DNA of 64,000 nt from Scyliorhinus canicula (taxonomy: Eukaryota), in NCBI RefSeq assembly GCF_902713615.1, contig NC_052163.1:33490248-33554247 (forward strand), given 5' to 3'. The notes under the pieces are model-generated. The model saw nothing but the letters and a program-made list of their open reading frames with translations. It was not told the origin of the DNA and did no database searches. This document shows, one piece after another, positions 36,967 to 50,328 of this stretch (its first letter is position 1; the number at the start of each line of letters is the position of its first letter). The position numbers and the translations under genes were made by a program.

Positions 36967-39399
36967 ACAGTTTTGTAGCAACACGATTGAGATCTTCAAT
37001 AAAAACGTAATATCTTATTGTCCTCAAAAAAAAGTTTACTGCTTCATTCAACAATAAAATTTCCTCTATAGTTTTGAACTGATGAGGTAGCTAACGTGCA
37101 GATTGAGTGGTCCCAAGTTGAAGTCTGCAAGATCGGTGTTTTATTTGTGTTAAATGATCTGTTGTATGTTCAGGTTGGGAAGGGCTAAGTGTAAAATTGT
37201 ACTATAAGTTCTTTTATTTTTAAATGAAGTTTTCCAAATGCATTTGAGTTTATCTAATTCAGAAAAAAAATCGAATCAAAGTCCATGTTCTTGTGTGTAC
37301 TTTGGCACTCAAGTGTTGGTATATTGCTCAGTTTATCACCGCTGAATCCATTGGTTAGCCTCTTAACATTCACACATCAGCACGTGACGAGACTGATTCA
37401 AAACAAAATCACTAATTTCCTCCTCTTATTATAGAAATGTTGGAGGGCAATTGGGCATATTTAAAATATAAAATATTTTTAAAAGTTAGCTAGTAATGGC
37501 TCCATTTAAATAAGACACTGAAAGGAAAGTTTGTATATGTGTGTTTGTCCCTTACCACTCATATTTCTCCACAGGCATGCTCAAATCTAGTGCCTGTCCC
37601 TGGAAAAGAATGGCTTTGCGTTATTTGTAACAACACTTTCAAGCTCCCTATTTTCCTGCTTTTAACGCTGATCACAGAGCAATGCAACAATTGACCACCT
37701 CACCTTGGCCTGTGACGTTTTTGGCCTCAATAAAACCTTCACTGTCTCCCTTCCTGGTTGTTTCCTCTGGTACAGCTGCTATGTCAGCTGGTACAGCTTC
37801 ACTAAGTCCAAGTGGCATGTAAAACACCTTATATACATTTATAGGTAAGATTTGGTTTAATCTTGTATGATTATGGTGTTTGTTTCCATTTCATTTGTAA
37901 ATAGCTTGCACTCTTGTACTAAAGCCAGAAATAAAATGGTTGAAGGTGTCCGTTCCCAGAATTCTTGAGGATATGGATGACATTTAACAATCAAAAGCTT
38001 TGTCAGCATGGAATGGTTAACAAGTGGTTAATGGTGTTATCGGTAATAGGGTAGCCTATATCACAAACAAACATGATGTTGAACAGATCAGTTGAAAAAC
38101 TGAAATGCAACACTATTTAAGGGATGGCTATGAGTGACTAGATTTTGAGACTTCTTTTGCAAATCTTAGAGAGCAACATTAATGTGCACCTCAGGACCTG
38201 AAACTGGATGAGGCAGCAGTTTGGTTTGAACAAAATGTCCACCATGGCCCCCATCTGTGGCAACCATAGGTTTGTAACAGCCATGCTTGATGCCATCTTT
38301 AAGAGGTGGCGACAGGACAGGGGGTCACTGACGCTTACAGACTTTGCACCGAGGACAAACTAGCGACCCTAGAAGAGCTGACGGAGAGACTGGAGCTCCA
38401 TAAAGGAAACAATATCTGACATTGGGTGGCACAGTAGCACAGTGGTTAGCACTGTTGCTTCACACGCTAGTGTTGCAGGTTCCTGCCGCTGTGAAGCAAC
38501 AATGTTAACGACTGTGCTGTCGGGTTGCCCAGGGAAACAAATTAAGTTTGCTGTGAGAGATAAAATTCATAATAAACATGAGCCAGTTCATAGTAGTTAA
38601 TTTTTACAAAGCTGTTGGCAACATGAAGTCTTAGAAGTAACATTTTTATAAATATGTATTGGTGTGTGCATGTTATGAAGTTCCTGTATGAAATAAACTT
38701 GATTGCCTCAATTCAGGTTCTCCTGAAAGTTCAATACTTGTTGGCAGCTAGTTTGAGAAAAAGGAAAAGCTGGCCTGATTACTTAGCTTATAGTAAGTGC
38801 TTCATTGTGTGCCAAAAGTGAAGTGTTCACTAGTTGAGCACTGATGTTTTTCACCTAGATTTAAGAAATATTTTTGATTTCTGAATTTAAGACTTTTAAA
38901 TTTAGCAAATGGATTAAATATGGAATTGATTGAAAACTCACTTTCAGACTGAATTCAAACCTGCATTGCCCTACCACTGAATTGAACATATTATGAAAGT
39001 CATTATTTGCAATTCATGATTAGAGACTGATTTCAACAACTGGTCAGATGAGGCCGGGTAATATCCTGTTTCAAGTAAATGACCAATCCCCATCAGATAA
39101 CATTTTGAAAATACTTCTCATGTCTAGACTGATGTAACCAGCCAATACCAGTTATCATTGCATCACTAAAGTGCTTGCACTTGGTCACGTTGACCACTGT
39201 TGTTCCAGAAGCTTAAGCAGTGGCCTCAAAGCCTCTTTCTACTTTGTCACATTCATCTGTAACATGGTTGTCACATTCATCTGTAACATGGTTGCGCTGA
39301 GTCGCCATAGTAACTTGTAAAGATGAGCATGTACTGAAGATTGATTGTGTAGAGTAACTTGTTCTTTCGATTAAAGTAACATTGATTTTTGTTTAACAG

Positions 39400-39455
39400 C
39401 AAACGGTCATCAAGAGCATCAACAGTACCCGGTTTCACGGAAGTGGATATACCAG
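39400..39455 (+). CDS. MFSD11: MFSD11 coding exon 2
   Basis: Acceptor TTAACAG|CAA; QTVIKSINSTRFHGSGYTS; donor AG|GTGTTT. Confidence 0.93.
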
Positions 39456-39700
39456 GTGTTTCTTTGTTTATCATCCTCTACAAAGTGATACTGTATTATG
39501 CTGAAATATTATACTTTGCAAACATTTTAATGTCTACAGCTTTGTAATGAAGTATATTTACACACAACCATTTTATCTGCCGGTCAGAAAAAATAATAAT
39601 TTGTGCATGATTTAATTGTTTTAATATTCCAACTGTTGGAGATTCGGATAATTATATCCAGCATTTCATTGTGCTAATATTTATCATATTTCTCTTGTAG

Positions 39701-39808
39701 CTTGGGTATAATTTATACTGTATTTTCTGCGTCAAATCTTCTGACTCCATCAATTGTTGCTCTTTTGGGAGCTCGACTTTCTATGTTCATTTCTGGATTA
39801 ATTTACAG
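39701..39808 (+). CDS. MFSD11: MFSD11 coding exon 3
   Basis: Acceptor TCTTGTAG|C; LGIIYTVFSASNLLTPSIVALLGARLSMFISGLIYS; donor AG|GTAAGA. Confidence 0.95.
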
Positions 39809-40081
39809 GTAAGATAAACCAATACCAAATTCATTTTCTTGTACTTTTATTTTCACCTGCATTTTCATTAATTATTTTCTTGTGTACCAAATTAAGAATA
39901 TTTTAACCCGAGGTTGACCCAGTTGAGTTTTTACGACAATTGTTTCATGGTCACCTTTGGAGACTTTTACTTCCAGATTTTTATTGGATTCAAATCTCAC
40001 CATCTGCTGTGGTGGGATTTTCTGGATTACTGGTCCAGTGACAATACCACAACACCACTGCCTCCCCATGGTTGATTTTCT

Positions 40082-40266
40082 GGGGCTGTTTAGCACAGGG
40101 CTAAATTGCTGGCTTTGAAAGCAGACCAAGGCAGGCCAGCAGTACGGTTCGATTCCCGTAACAGCCTCCCCGAACAGGCGCCGGAATGTGGCAACTAGGG
40201 GCTTTTCACAGTAACTTCACTCAAAGCCTACTCTTGACAATAAGCAATTTTCATTTCATTTCATTT
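40082..40266 (+). mobile_element. Short tRNA-derived SINE with (CATTT)n tail
   Basis: Same family as 33382-33567. Confidence 0.85.
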
Positions 40267-41486
40267 CTATCTCTTCTACCTGCCTGCCATTTTCCTTAAT
40301 TCCCAGAGGGATTGAAAGTCTGTCTATCTCACTGTTTTCTGGGATGGAGAACTCCAAAGATTCACAGTCCACTGAGTGAAGAAGTTTCTCCTAAATGATT
40401 GATCTCCTCATCCTGAAACTTTGTCCCCGAATTCTAGATTCCCCAACCAAGGGAAACAATCTGAAAGTCTACAATATCGAGCCCCATTAGAATCTTGTAA
40501 GTTTCAATGGGATTTAAACACCTGAGATTAAACACCTGAGAGTAAAGGCTCGTTTTACTTAGCCTCCCATCATAGGACAATCCTCTCATCCTAGGAACCA
40601 ATCCAGTGAGCCTTTACTGTACAGTCTCTAAAGCAAGTATACCCTTCCTTAGATAATGAGACCAAAACTGCGCACACTACTCCAGTTCAAGTCTCACTCA
40701 AGCACTCTACCATTGTAGGAAGACTTTATTCTTGCCTTTCAATCCCCTTGTAATAAAGGCCAACTTGCTATTTACCTTCCTAGTTGCTCGCTATACCTGC
40801 CTGCTAACCTCCTCTGTTCCTTGTATGAGTACATCCAAGTTTCTCTGAACATCAACATTTCAAAGTTTAATGAATAGTTAAAACAATTCTTGCTGCCAAA
40901 AGGTCCCACCAAAGCCATTTGCAGTATACCAAACTCAGAGGAAAATAGTTGTGGTTGATGGAGGTCAGTCCTCTCTATACCAGGGCATTGCTGCAGGGTA
41001 GTGTACTTGGCTCAATCATCTTCAGCTGCATCAATGACCTTCCCTTCATCATGAGGTCAGAGAGGGGATGTTTCATGACAATTGCAAAATGTTCAGCACC
41101 ATTTATCATTCCTCAGAGATTGAAGCAGTCTGTCCATATGTAGCAAGACCTGGACAATATTCAGGCTTGAACTGATAAGTGCCACCCCACTGCCCCATCT
41201 CCATGATCATCTCCAATATGAGCAAATCCACCATCGCCCATGATGTTCAAAAACACTGTCAACACTGAATCTTTATCAACATTCTAATGGTTACCATTGA
41301 CCAGAAACGGAACTGGACCAGCCATATAAATATTATGGCTACAAGAGTAGGTCAGGGAATTCTGTGGCGAATAACTCTCCTGACTCCCCAAAGCCTGTGC
41401 AACATCAACAGCTCAGGAATGTGACAAAATACTCTCCACTTAGATCTCTGAAAAACTTCACTGTTATTAGATCAAAGTCCTGGAAC

Positions 41487-41795
41487 TATTTAATCCCTAC
41501 AGTGCAGAAGAAGGCCATTTGGCCCATTGAGTCTGCACCAACCCTCTGAAAGAGTACTCCAACCAAGCCCACTTCCCGCCCTATTCCTATAACCCTTTAA
41601 CCTAACCTAATCCCTGGGCACCAAGGGACAATTTAGCACAGCCAATCCACCTAACCTGCACATCTTTGGACTGTGGGAGGAAACCCATGCAGTCACGGGG
41701 GGGAAAGGGCAAACTCCACACAGATAGACACCCAAGGTTGGAATTGAGCCGAGTGCTGTGAGCAGCAGTGCTAACTACTGTGCCACCGTGCCGCT
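41487..41795 (-). mobile_element. V-SINE nested in a CR1 3' fragment
   Basis: SINE head and body motifs; CR1 tail sequence on both sides. Confidence 0.8.
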
Positions 41796-43650
41796 CCACT
41801 GGACCTCCCTTCTGGACATATGCCTACACCACATGGACTGCAGCAGTTCAAGAATGCGGCTTTAGGACAAACAAATACAAAGAATAGGAGCAGGAAAAGA
41901 CCGCACTGCCTATCGAGCCTGCTTCATCCAATATGATCATGACTGATTTTGGGCTTAAACTCCATATTCCCATCTGCACCCAATATCCCTTAATTCCCAG
42001 AGAGGCCAAAAATATATCTATCCCTTCCTTAAATGTGTTCAAAAGGTTGCGGTGAAGCGGAGCTAAGCCGCACGTTCGGTGGCTCCCGCTATTTCCGGTC
42101 TTTTGGGCTCTTTTAAGGGCCCGTAGCGGTGCTGATTGGACTTTGCCCCGTGTGGGAACACTTTTTCTAAGATCCTCCGCTGGTGGATGGCCTGGACTAG
42201 GAGTGGAGCGGGCAAAAAATCGGCTTTGGAGCAGAGAAAGGTGTGAGGCAGGAAAAACAAGATGGCGGCGGGCGGGGAAGCAGCAGCAGTGGGCGCGAGA
42301 GCAGCAGGAGCTGCTTCAGCGCTCCTTCGAGGAGCTGAAGGCAGAGATTCTGGAACCGTTTAAGGCCTCCCTGGACAAGCTCATGGCGACTCAGACGGCT
42401 CAGGGTGCGGAGATCCGAGAGCTTCGACAAAAGGCAAGGAAGAACTCCTGGGCCTGGCGGTGAAGGTGGAGTCGCACGAGGCGCTCCATAAGAATTGGTC
42501 AGCGAGGATGGAGGAGATGGAGAACCGGGCCCGTCGGAAGAACCTGCGGATTCTGGGCCTCCCAGAGGGGCAGGAAGGTTCGGATTTGGGGGCCTATGTG
42601 GCTATGATGCTGAACACGCTAATGGGTGCGAGGTCGTTCCAGGGACCCTTGGAGCTGTAGGGTGCCCATCGGGTGCTGCTGTGGAAGCCCAGGCCAAGCG
42701 AGCCGCCTCGTGCGGTGCTGGTCTGTTTTCACCTCTTTGTCGACCGTGAGTGTGTGCTGAGTTGGGCGAAGAAGGAGAGGAGTAGCAAGTGGGAGAATAC
42801 GGAGATCAGGATCTACCAAGACTGGAGTGCGGAGGTGGTGAAGAGAAGGGCTGGGTTTAACTGGGCGAAGGTAGTGCTCCACAAGAAGGGGGTCAAGTTT
42901 GGCCTGTTACAGCCGGCACACCTGTGGGTCACTTATAAAGACCCCCAGCTCTATTTTGACTCCCCGGAGGAGGCCTGGACTTTTGTCCAGGCAGAGAAGC
43001 TGGACTTGAACTGGGGGCTGGGGAACGCTGTACATAGACCGGAGGCTTTGTCCTTCCTGGTATCCTTTCGCTTTATCGGTTCTATTGGATGATTTTTTTG
43101 CTGTTCTGCTTTTTTGCTTTTTGGGACTGTTATCTGTTTATTTGGATGTTTTGTCATGTTTGGATTTTAATATTTTTTCACTGGTTGAGAGTTTGGGTGG
43201 GGTTCGCGGTCCTGTTGGGTCATGTGCCCGTCTTTTCCCGTGTTTTGGGTCAGGGGGGCGGGGCTTGGGATCGAAGCGCGGGCTTTTCTCCCGTGCTGGA
43301 GGAGCAGGGGGCGCGGCCGGCACTGGGGGGATGGTTGTGTGGCACTGGGGAGGGTCATTAGGGTGACGGGAGCTGCCAGGGTCAGCAGGAGTCGGCTGAC
43401 TAACGGAAGTACAATGGAAGGGGTTACGCAGCTAGGGGGGGGCCTAGCCTGGAGGTGAGGCTGGGGGGGGGGGGGGCTGCTTTGAGGGGGGAGGAGGGGG
43501 GTGGTTTTGGGGGGGGGGGGGGGTACCGGGTTGCTGCTGGAATGGCCGAGAAGGAGCTGGAGCGTGTAGAGGGGGTCTGGGTAGGGGTCTGTCGCTGTGG
43601 GGAATGGGCTGAGCGGGGGGCACGGGCACGTGGCGGATTACGGAAGGGCG

Positions 43651-46600
43651 ATGGCTAGTCGACGGGTTAGGGGGGTAGGTGGCCCCCTGATCCGGCTGAT
43701 CACCTGGAATGTGAGGGGACTGAATGGGCCGATCAAACGGGCCCGTGTGTTTGCGCACCTGAAGGGGCTGAAGGCGGATGTGGCCATGCTTCAGGAGACG
43801 CACCTGAAGGTGGCGGATCAGGTTAGGTTGAGGAATGGATGGGTGGGCCAAGTGTTTCATTCGGGGCTGGATGCAAAAAATCGGGGGGGGGGGGGGGGGT
43901 GTGTGTCGTTTGAGGTGTCGAATGTGGTGGCAGACAGTGGCGGGAGGTATGTGATGGTGAGCGGCAGGCTGCAAGGGGAGCGGGTGGTGCTGGTCAATGT
44001 ATACACCCCGAATTAGGACGATGCGGGTTTCATATGGCGCATGTTGGGCTGGATTCCAGATTTGGAGGCGGGGGACCTGATAATGGGGGGGGGGATTTCA
44101 ACACGGTGCTGAATCCGCCAATGGATCGATCCAGTTCCAGGACGGGTAGGAGGCCTGCGGCGGCTAAGGTGCTGAGGGGGTTTATGGACCAGATGGGAGG
44201 GATGGATTCAGCGAGGTTTGCGAGGCCGAGGGCCAGGGAATTTTCATACTTCTCCCATGTGCATAAGGCCTATTCTCGGATTGATTTTTTTCGTTATGAG
44301 TAGGGCGCTGATTGCGAAGGTGGAAGATGCTGAGTATTCAGCGATAGCCATTTCTGACCATGTCCCGCACTGGGTGGACCTCGAGCTGGGAGAGGAGAGA
44401 GACCAACGCCCGCTTTGGCGCATTGAGGTGGGGCTGCTGGCGGACGAGGAGGTGGGGGGGGCGGGTTTGAGGATGTATCGAGAGGTATCTGGAGGTCAAC
44501 GACAATGGGGAGGTCCGAGTGGGGACGGTCTGGGAGGCGCTGAAGGCGGTGGTCCGGGGGGAGTTGATCTCTATTCGAGCCCACAGGGAGAGAAGGGAGC
44601 GGAGAGAGAGGGAGAGATTGGTGGGGGTGGACAGGAGATACGCGGAGGCCCCAGAGGAGGGATTGCTGAGGGAGCGGCGCAGCCTCCAGGCTGAGTTCGA
44701 CTTGTTGACCACCAGTGGAGGAAGGCACAGGGTGCGGTGTATGAATATGGGGAGAAGGCGAGCAGGATGCTGGCACACCAGCTCCCTAAGCGGGATGCAG
44801 CTAGGGAGATTGGTGGAGTTATGGATCGGGGAGGAAATGTGGTGTGAAGGGGGGCAGACATTAATCGGGTCTTCAGGGACGTTTATGAGAAACTGTATCG
44901 GTCCGAACCTCTGGCGGAGGAGGGGGGGATGGGGCGCTTTTTGGACCGGCTGAGATTCCCAAGGGTGGAGGAGGGACAGGTGGAGGGTCTGGGGGCGCCA
45001 GCTGAGCTGGAGGAGCTGGTCAAAGGGATAGGGAACATGCAGTCGGGGAAGGCGCCGAAGCCGGATGGGTTCCCGGTTGAATTTTACAAGATATATGCAG
45101 ACCTGTTGGGCCCCCTGTTGGTTAGGACCTTTAACGAGGCAAGGGAAGGGGGGGCTTTGCCCCCGACGATGTCTCGGGCGCTGATCCCCTTGATTCTTAA
45201 GCAGGACAAGGATCATCTGCAGTGTGGGTCATACAGGCCGATCTCACTCTTAAATGTGGACGCCAAGTTGTTGGCAAAGATCTTAGTCACGAGGATAGAG
45301 GACTGTGTGCCGCAGGTTATCCGCGAGGATCAAACGGGGTTTGTGAAGGGGAGGCAGCTGAACACTAATATACGGAGGCTCTTGAATGCTATAATGATGC
45401 CGGCGGTAGAAGGGGAGACGGAGATAGTGGTGGCGCTGGACGCGGAGAAGGCCTTTGATAGGGTTGAGTGGGGGTACTTGTGGGAGGTGCTGGAAAGGTT
45501 TGGGTTTGGGGAGGGGTTTGTCAGTTGGATGAGGCTGTTATATGAGGCCCCGATTGCGAGCGTGGCCACGAATAGGAGGAGGTCGGAGTATTTTCGGCTA
45601 TACCGAGGGACGAGGCAGGGGTGTCCCTTGTCCCCACTGCTTTTTGCGCTGGCAATTGAACCCCTGGCTATGACGCTGAGGGAGTCAGGGAATTGGAGGG
45701 GGCTGGTCCGGGGTGGGGAGGAGCACCGAGTGTCGCTCTATGCGTATGACCTATTGTTGTATGTGCCGGACCCGGTGGGGGGAATGCCAGAGGTGATGGG
45801 GATTCTCCGGGAATTTGGGGATTTCTCAGGGTATAAGCTCAACTTTGGGAAGAGCGAGCTGTTTGTGGTACGCCCGGGGGACCAGGAGGGGGGGATTGGT
45901 AGGCTCCCACTGAAAAGGGCGGAGAGGAGCTTCAGGTACTTGGGGGTTCAGGTGGCCAGGAGCTGGGGGGCCTTGCATAAGCATAACCTCACAAGGCTGG
46001 TGGAGCAAATGAAGGAGGAGTTTAAGAGGTGGGACATGCTGCCGCTGTCTCTGGCGGGTAGGGTGCAGTCAGTCAAGATGACGGTGCTCCCGAGATTTTT
46101 GTTCCTGTTCCAGTGCCTCCCCATCCTTATCCCGAAGGCCTTTTTCAAGCGGTTTAACAGGAGCATTACGGGGTTTGTGTGGGCACACTGGACCCCGAGG
46201 GTGAGAAGGGTGTTCTTGGAGCGGGGCAGGGATGGGGGGGCTGGCGCTGCCCAGTCTCTGTGGGTACTATTGGGCTGCTAACGCAGCAATGGTGCGCAAG
46301 TGGGTGATGGAGGAGGAGGGGGCAGCATGGAAGAGGATGGAGAAGGCGTCCTGTGTGGGCACGAGTCTGGAGGCGCTGGTAACGGCGCCGCTGCCGCTCC
46401 CTCCAACGAGGTATACCACGAGCCCGGTGGCGGCGGCTACCCTCAAAATTTGGGGGCAGTGGAGGCGGCACGGGGGGAGGTGGGGGCCTTGATGGGGTCC
46501 CCGATACCCCCCCCCCCCCCCCCCCCCCCCCCCCAGGGAACACCTTTAGGTACATGCAGGTAAGGGCGTTTGTCAGGTGGCGGAGTTCCCTCTGCTGCCG

Positions 46601-47280
46601 CCGCGTGGGATCCAGGACAGGGTGCTCCCGGGGGTGTGGGTTGGAGAGGGGAGGGTCTCGGCAACGTACCAAGTGATGCAGGAGATGGACGAGGCCTCGG
46701 TCGAGGAGCTGAAGGGTAAATGGGAGGAGGACCTGGATGAGGAGATAGAGGAGGGGACGTGGGCGGACACCCTGGGGAGGGTGAACTCCTCTTCTTGTGC
46801 GAGGCTTGGCCTCATGCAGTTTAAGCTGCTGCATAGGGCTCACATGACCGGGACAAGGATGAGCCGGTTCTTTGGGAGTGAGGACAGGTGTATTAGGTGC
46901 TCAGGGAGCCCAGCAAATCATGCCCATATGTTCTGGGCATGCCCAGCGCTGGGGGAATTTTGGAAGGGCGTAGCAAGGACGCTGTCGAGGGTGGTAGAAT
47001 CGAGAGTCAATCCGGGCTGGGGACTCGCAATATTTGGGGTGGCGGTGGAGCCGTGAGTGCAGGAGACGAAAGAGGCCGGCATTCTGGCCTTTGCGTCCCT
47101 AGTAGCCGGGCGGAGGATTCTTCTTCAGTGGAAGGATGCGAGGCCCCCAAGCTTGGAGGCCTGGGTCAACGATATGGCAGGGTTTATTAAATTAGAGAAG
47201 GTGAAATTTGCCCTAAGGGGGTCGGTGCAGGGGTTTTCAGGAGGTGGCAACCATTTCTGGATTTCCTGGCAGAACAGTAG
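43651..47280 (+). pseudogene. L1-like ORF2 (APE endonuclease + RT + CCHC), frameshifted
   Basis: Split over several ORFs (43597, 44034, 44218, 44519, 44929, 46232, 46577, 47057); catalytic YADD appears as YAYD at 45739-45750. Confidence 0.88.
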
Positions 47281-47309
47281 GAGAAGGCCAGTAGCAGCAG
47301 CATCCCGGG

Positions 47310-47582
47310 CAGGGCCGGCTCAAGGCACCGGCAACTCGGGCAGTCGCCCGGGGCGCCATGTGCTAGGGGGCGCCAGAGACTCGGGTCCCGCGCATGCGCA
47401 GTTGGGCCGGTGCCAACCAGCGCATGCGCGGTGGCCGCCCTCCCCCGCGGTCCGCCCCCTCGGTCCGTCCCCCCCCTCTCGGGTCCGCCCTCCCCGCCTC
47501 GGGTCCGCCCCCCCCTCGGCCCCCCCCAAGGGCGCCGAAGTTCAGCTTGCCCGGGGCGCCAGCAACCCTAGGGCCGGCGCTG
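47310..47582. mobile_element. hAT-superfamily MITE (273 bp) in the L1 3' UTR
   Basis: TIR CAGGGCCGGC / GCCGGCGCTG; exact 8-bp TSD ATCCCGGG at 47302-47309 and 47583-47590. Confidence 0.88.
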
Positions 47583-47886
47583 ATCCCGGGGGGGGGGGGG
47601 GTCGTTTCTTTGTTTTGGACTGAAGGGACAGGCATAGTTGTTCTGTGCTAATGACGGGCGCTATTTGTTTCTTCTTTTATGTATACACGGAGGGGGGGGG
47701 GCGGGTTTGTCCTTTCTGTTGAAGGGACTGGCAGTTTTATGCGAATGACGGGTGTTCATTTATCTCTTTGTGTGTGCACCGGGGGGGGGGGGGGGGGGGG
47801 GGGTGTTCTTTCTGTTCTTTGTAATTTTTTTCTTCTTGTTGATATTTTGTGAAAATTTTAATAAAAATTATTAAAAAAAACAAAAA

Positions 47887-48760
47887 GTGTTCAAAGGTGG
47901 AGTATCTGTAACACTCTGTGGTACAGAATTCCAAAGATTCACAAATCTGCAAGTGAAGTAATTACCCTTCAACTCAGCCCTAATTGTTTGGCCTCTTTTA
48001 TCCTGCGACTGTGCCCCATGTTTTAGATTCACCGACCAGCGGAAACAATCTCTTATCACTCTGTACCCTATCAAGCCCCTTCAGAATTTTGTAGGTTTCA
48101 ATTTGATCACCTCTCATTCTTCTGAACCCCAGAGACTATAAAACCTAATTTTCTCAGCAAGACAACCCTTTCATACCAGGGAACAATGTAAGTGAACCTT
48201 CATTGTATTATCTCCAATGCAAGTATATTCTTTCTAAGAAGTGGAGACTAAAATTGCACACAGTACTCCAGATGTTTCAGATAAACCCTGTGCAGCTGCA
48301 GCATGACTTCTTCAAGCTTATATTCCAATCCCCTTGCTTTATACGCCAATATGCTATTTGTCCTCCTAATTGCTTGCTGCACCTTCTTGCTAACTTTATG
48401 CATACCTTGTGCAAGCACACCCAAGCAAGTCTCTTCAAACATCAACATTGAGAAGTTTATCATCTTTTTAAAGAAATATATTTTGCTTTTTTGTTCTTAA
48501 TCAAATGAATAACCCCATGCTTCCCTATGTCTGTCATCTTGTTGCGCAATCACTTAATCTGTCTGTTTCTCTTTGCAGCCTCATTGTGCCCTCCCCAAAC
48601 TCTCCTTCCTATCTAGCTTGTTATCATCAGCAAACGTAGATATATGACTCACTGTCTCTCTATTGAAGTCATTAATAAGGATTGTAAAATAGCTGAGTGG
48701 CCAGCACTGATCCTTGCGGCACTCCACTATTTACTCCCTGCCAACTTGAAAAAGTCCCGT
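47887..48760 (-). mobile_element. CR1 fragment, continuing the CR1 at ~41865-42043 that the L1 interrupted
   Basis: LGVL...KVSKKVQQAIRRTNSILAYKARGLEYK...LEYCVQF. Confidence 0.8.
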
Positions 48761-49126
48761 TTATGTTTTCTATATGAATTGTAACAAAAACGATCAAGTA
48801 CAAGAAAAAATAAAGCATTGAAGATTAACAAGCTGTTACATTGTATTTTGAGCATTTTCTGTTTCTCTCATACTTTGCAATATCTGTATGTGAACACTTT
48901 TGGTTTGAGCAGTCTTCCCAAACTGAATATTGTCTAAATTACTTTGAAATATCAACCATGAAATGTTTTTTTAAATAAATTTAGAATACCCAATAATTTT
49001 TTTCCAATTAAGGGACAATTTAGTGTGTCAATCTAAGCGCCCTGATTTCTGTATCGTCCCGTTTTCAGCCTCTCCCCTTGTCTCTCTCTGCCCCCACCCT
49101 GTTCCCTGTACTCTTGTTGGCTCTCT

Positions 49127-49157
<31 letters not shown>

Positions 49158-49189
49158 TCCCTTTTGCTCTGTTGGCTGTTGCCAGTCCC

Positions 49190-49960
49190 TCCCGAACCTA
49201 CAGTGCTACACTGGGCAGCAATTGTGGAAACAGTGAGGGGATGGGTTAACGACCCAGAATGGGTGAGGATAGAGGAGACCTACTGTACAGGAATGACCCT
49301 CCGGCCATCGCCACGGCAGCGATCCCAACACGCCAACAGAACACGCTAATCTAGTGGTGGTCGCTACCCATAGAACCTGGAACCAGATGAGGCAGCACTT
49401 TGGTTTGACCAAAATGCCCAACATGGCCCCACCTACGGCAATCATAGATTTGCAACAGCCATGTTTGATGCCATCTTTAAGAGGTGGAGACGGGGGGGGG
49501 GGGGGGGGGTCACTGACGGTTAGAGACTTTACACTGAGGACAGACTAGCGACCCGAGAAGAACTGATGGGGAGACTGGAGCTACCTAAAGGAAACAAACT
49601 CTGACATGTACAGGTCAAAAACTTGACAAGAACCCAAATGAGCAGGTTCTGCCTGGAGGTAGACGACAAATGTGAACGACGCCAGGGAGGCTTAACCAAC
49701 CACCCCCACATGTTCTGGGTACGCCCCAGACTTGTTGGGTTTTGGACAGCCTTCTTCGAGGCAATGTCCAAGGTGGTGAGGGTGAAAGTGGAGCGTGTCC
49801 AAGAGTGACAGACTTCAGGGTATCGGACCAGCCAGAACTATTCATGGGGAAGAGAGCTGACACCCTTGCCTTTGCTTCTCAAATCACCTGTCAGAAAATC
49901 CTGCTCGGCTGGCGATCAGCAGGACCACTCGCAGCTGCAGACTGGCAGACTTTTCAAAAT
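49190..49960 (+). mobile_element. L1/Tx1-like ORF2 3' fragment (related piece at ~38160-38420)
   Basis: TRTQMSRFCLEVDDKCERRQGGLTNHPHMFWVRPRLVGFW, a decayed zinc knuckle. Confidence 0.75.
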
Positions 49961-50328
49961 GTCCCCACCACGTTCTCCCTGTGTTTTGCGTGGGTTTCGG
50001 CCCCGCAACCCAAAGATCTGCAGTGTAAGTGGATTGGCCACGCTAAATTGCCCCTTAATTGGAAAAATGGATTGGGTACTCTAAATTTATATTTTAAAAA
50101 AATGAATTTCCCCACGTGGGGAAGATAACATTCTCTCTCTGATGGTCTGAGGATGGCTTCCACCAAGTGTGGAGGCCATTCACAACCTGGACCTGTTCAA
50201 TTCCTATTTCAGTGCTCCATGCAGCATTCCTTGCGTTTTTCACAAAATCCTGGCTGTAATAGAAGGATTATTTTTGCTGAGTTAATTTGGGGCACATTTA
50301 TATTTAATCAAAATTGTCTACTTTTCAG

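Larger units (their letters stand above)
42044..47886 (+). mobile_element. Full-length (~5.8 kb) decayed L1/Tx1-clade LINE in MFSD11 intron 3
   Basis: ORF1 pieces (ENRARRKNLRILGLPEG; IRIYQDWSAEVVKRR). ORF2 endonuclease (LITWNVRGLNGPIKR...LQETH; SDH), RT (YRPISLLNVDAK, LDAEKAFDRVEW, GTRQGCPLSPLLF, YAYD) and C-terminal CIRC...HMFWAC. AATAAA plus A-tail; TSD GTGTTCAAA at 42035 and 47887. Confidence 0.93.

Noticed and set aside
44929-46281. 450-aa ORF as a host or domesticated gene
   Set aside because: It is the RT segment of a frameshifted LINE with YAYD in place of YADD
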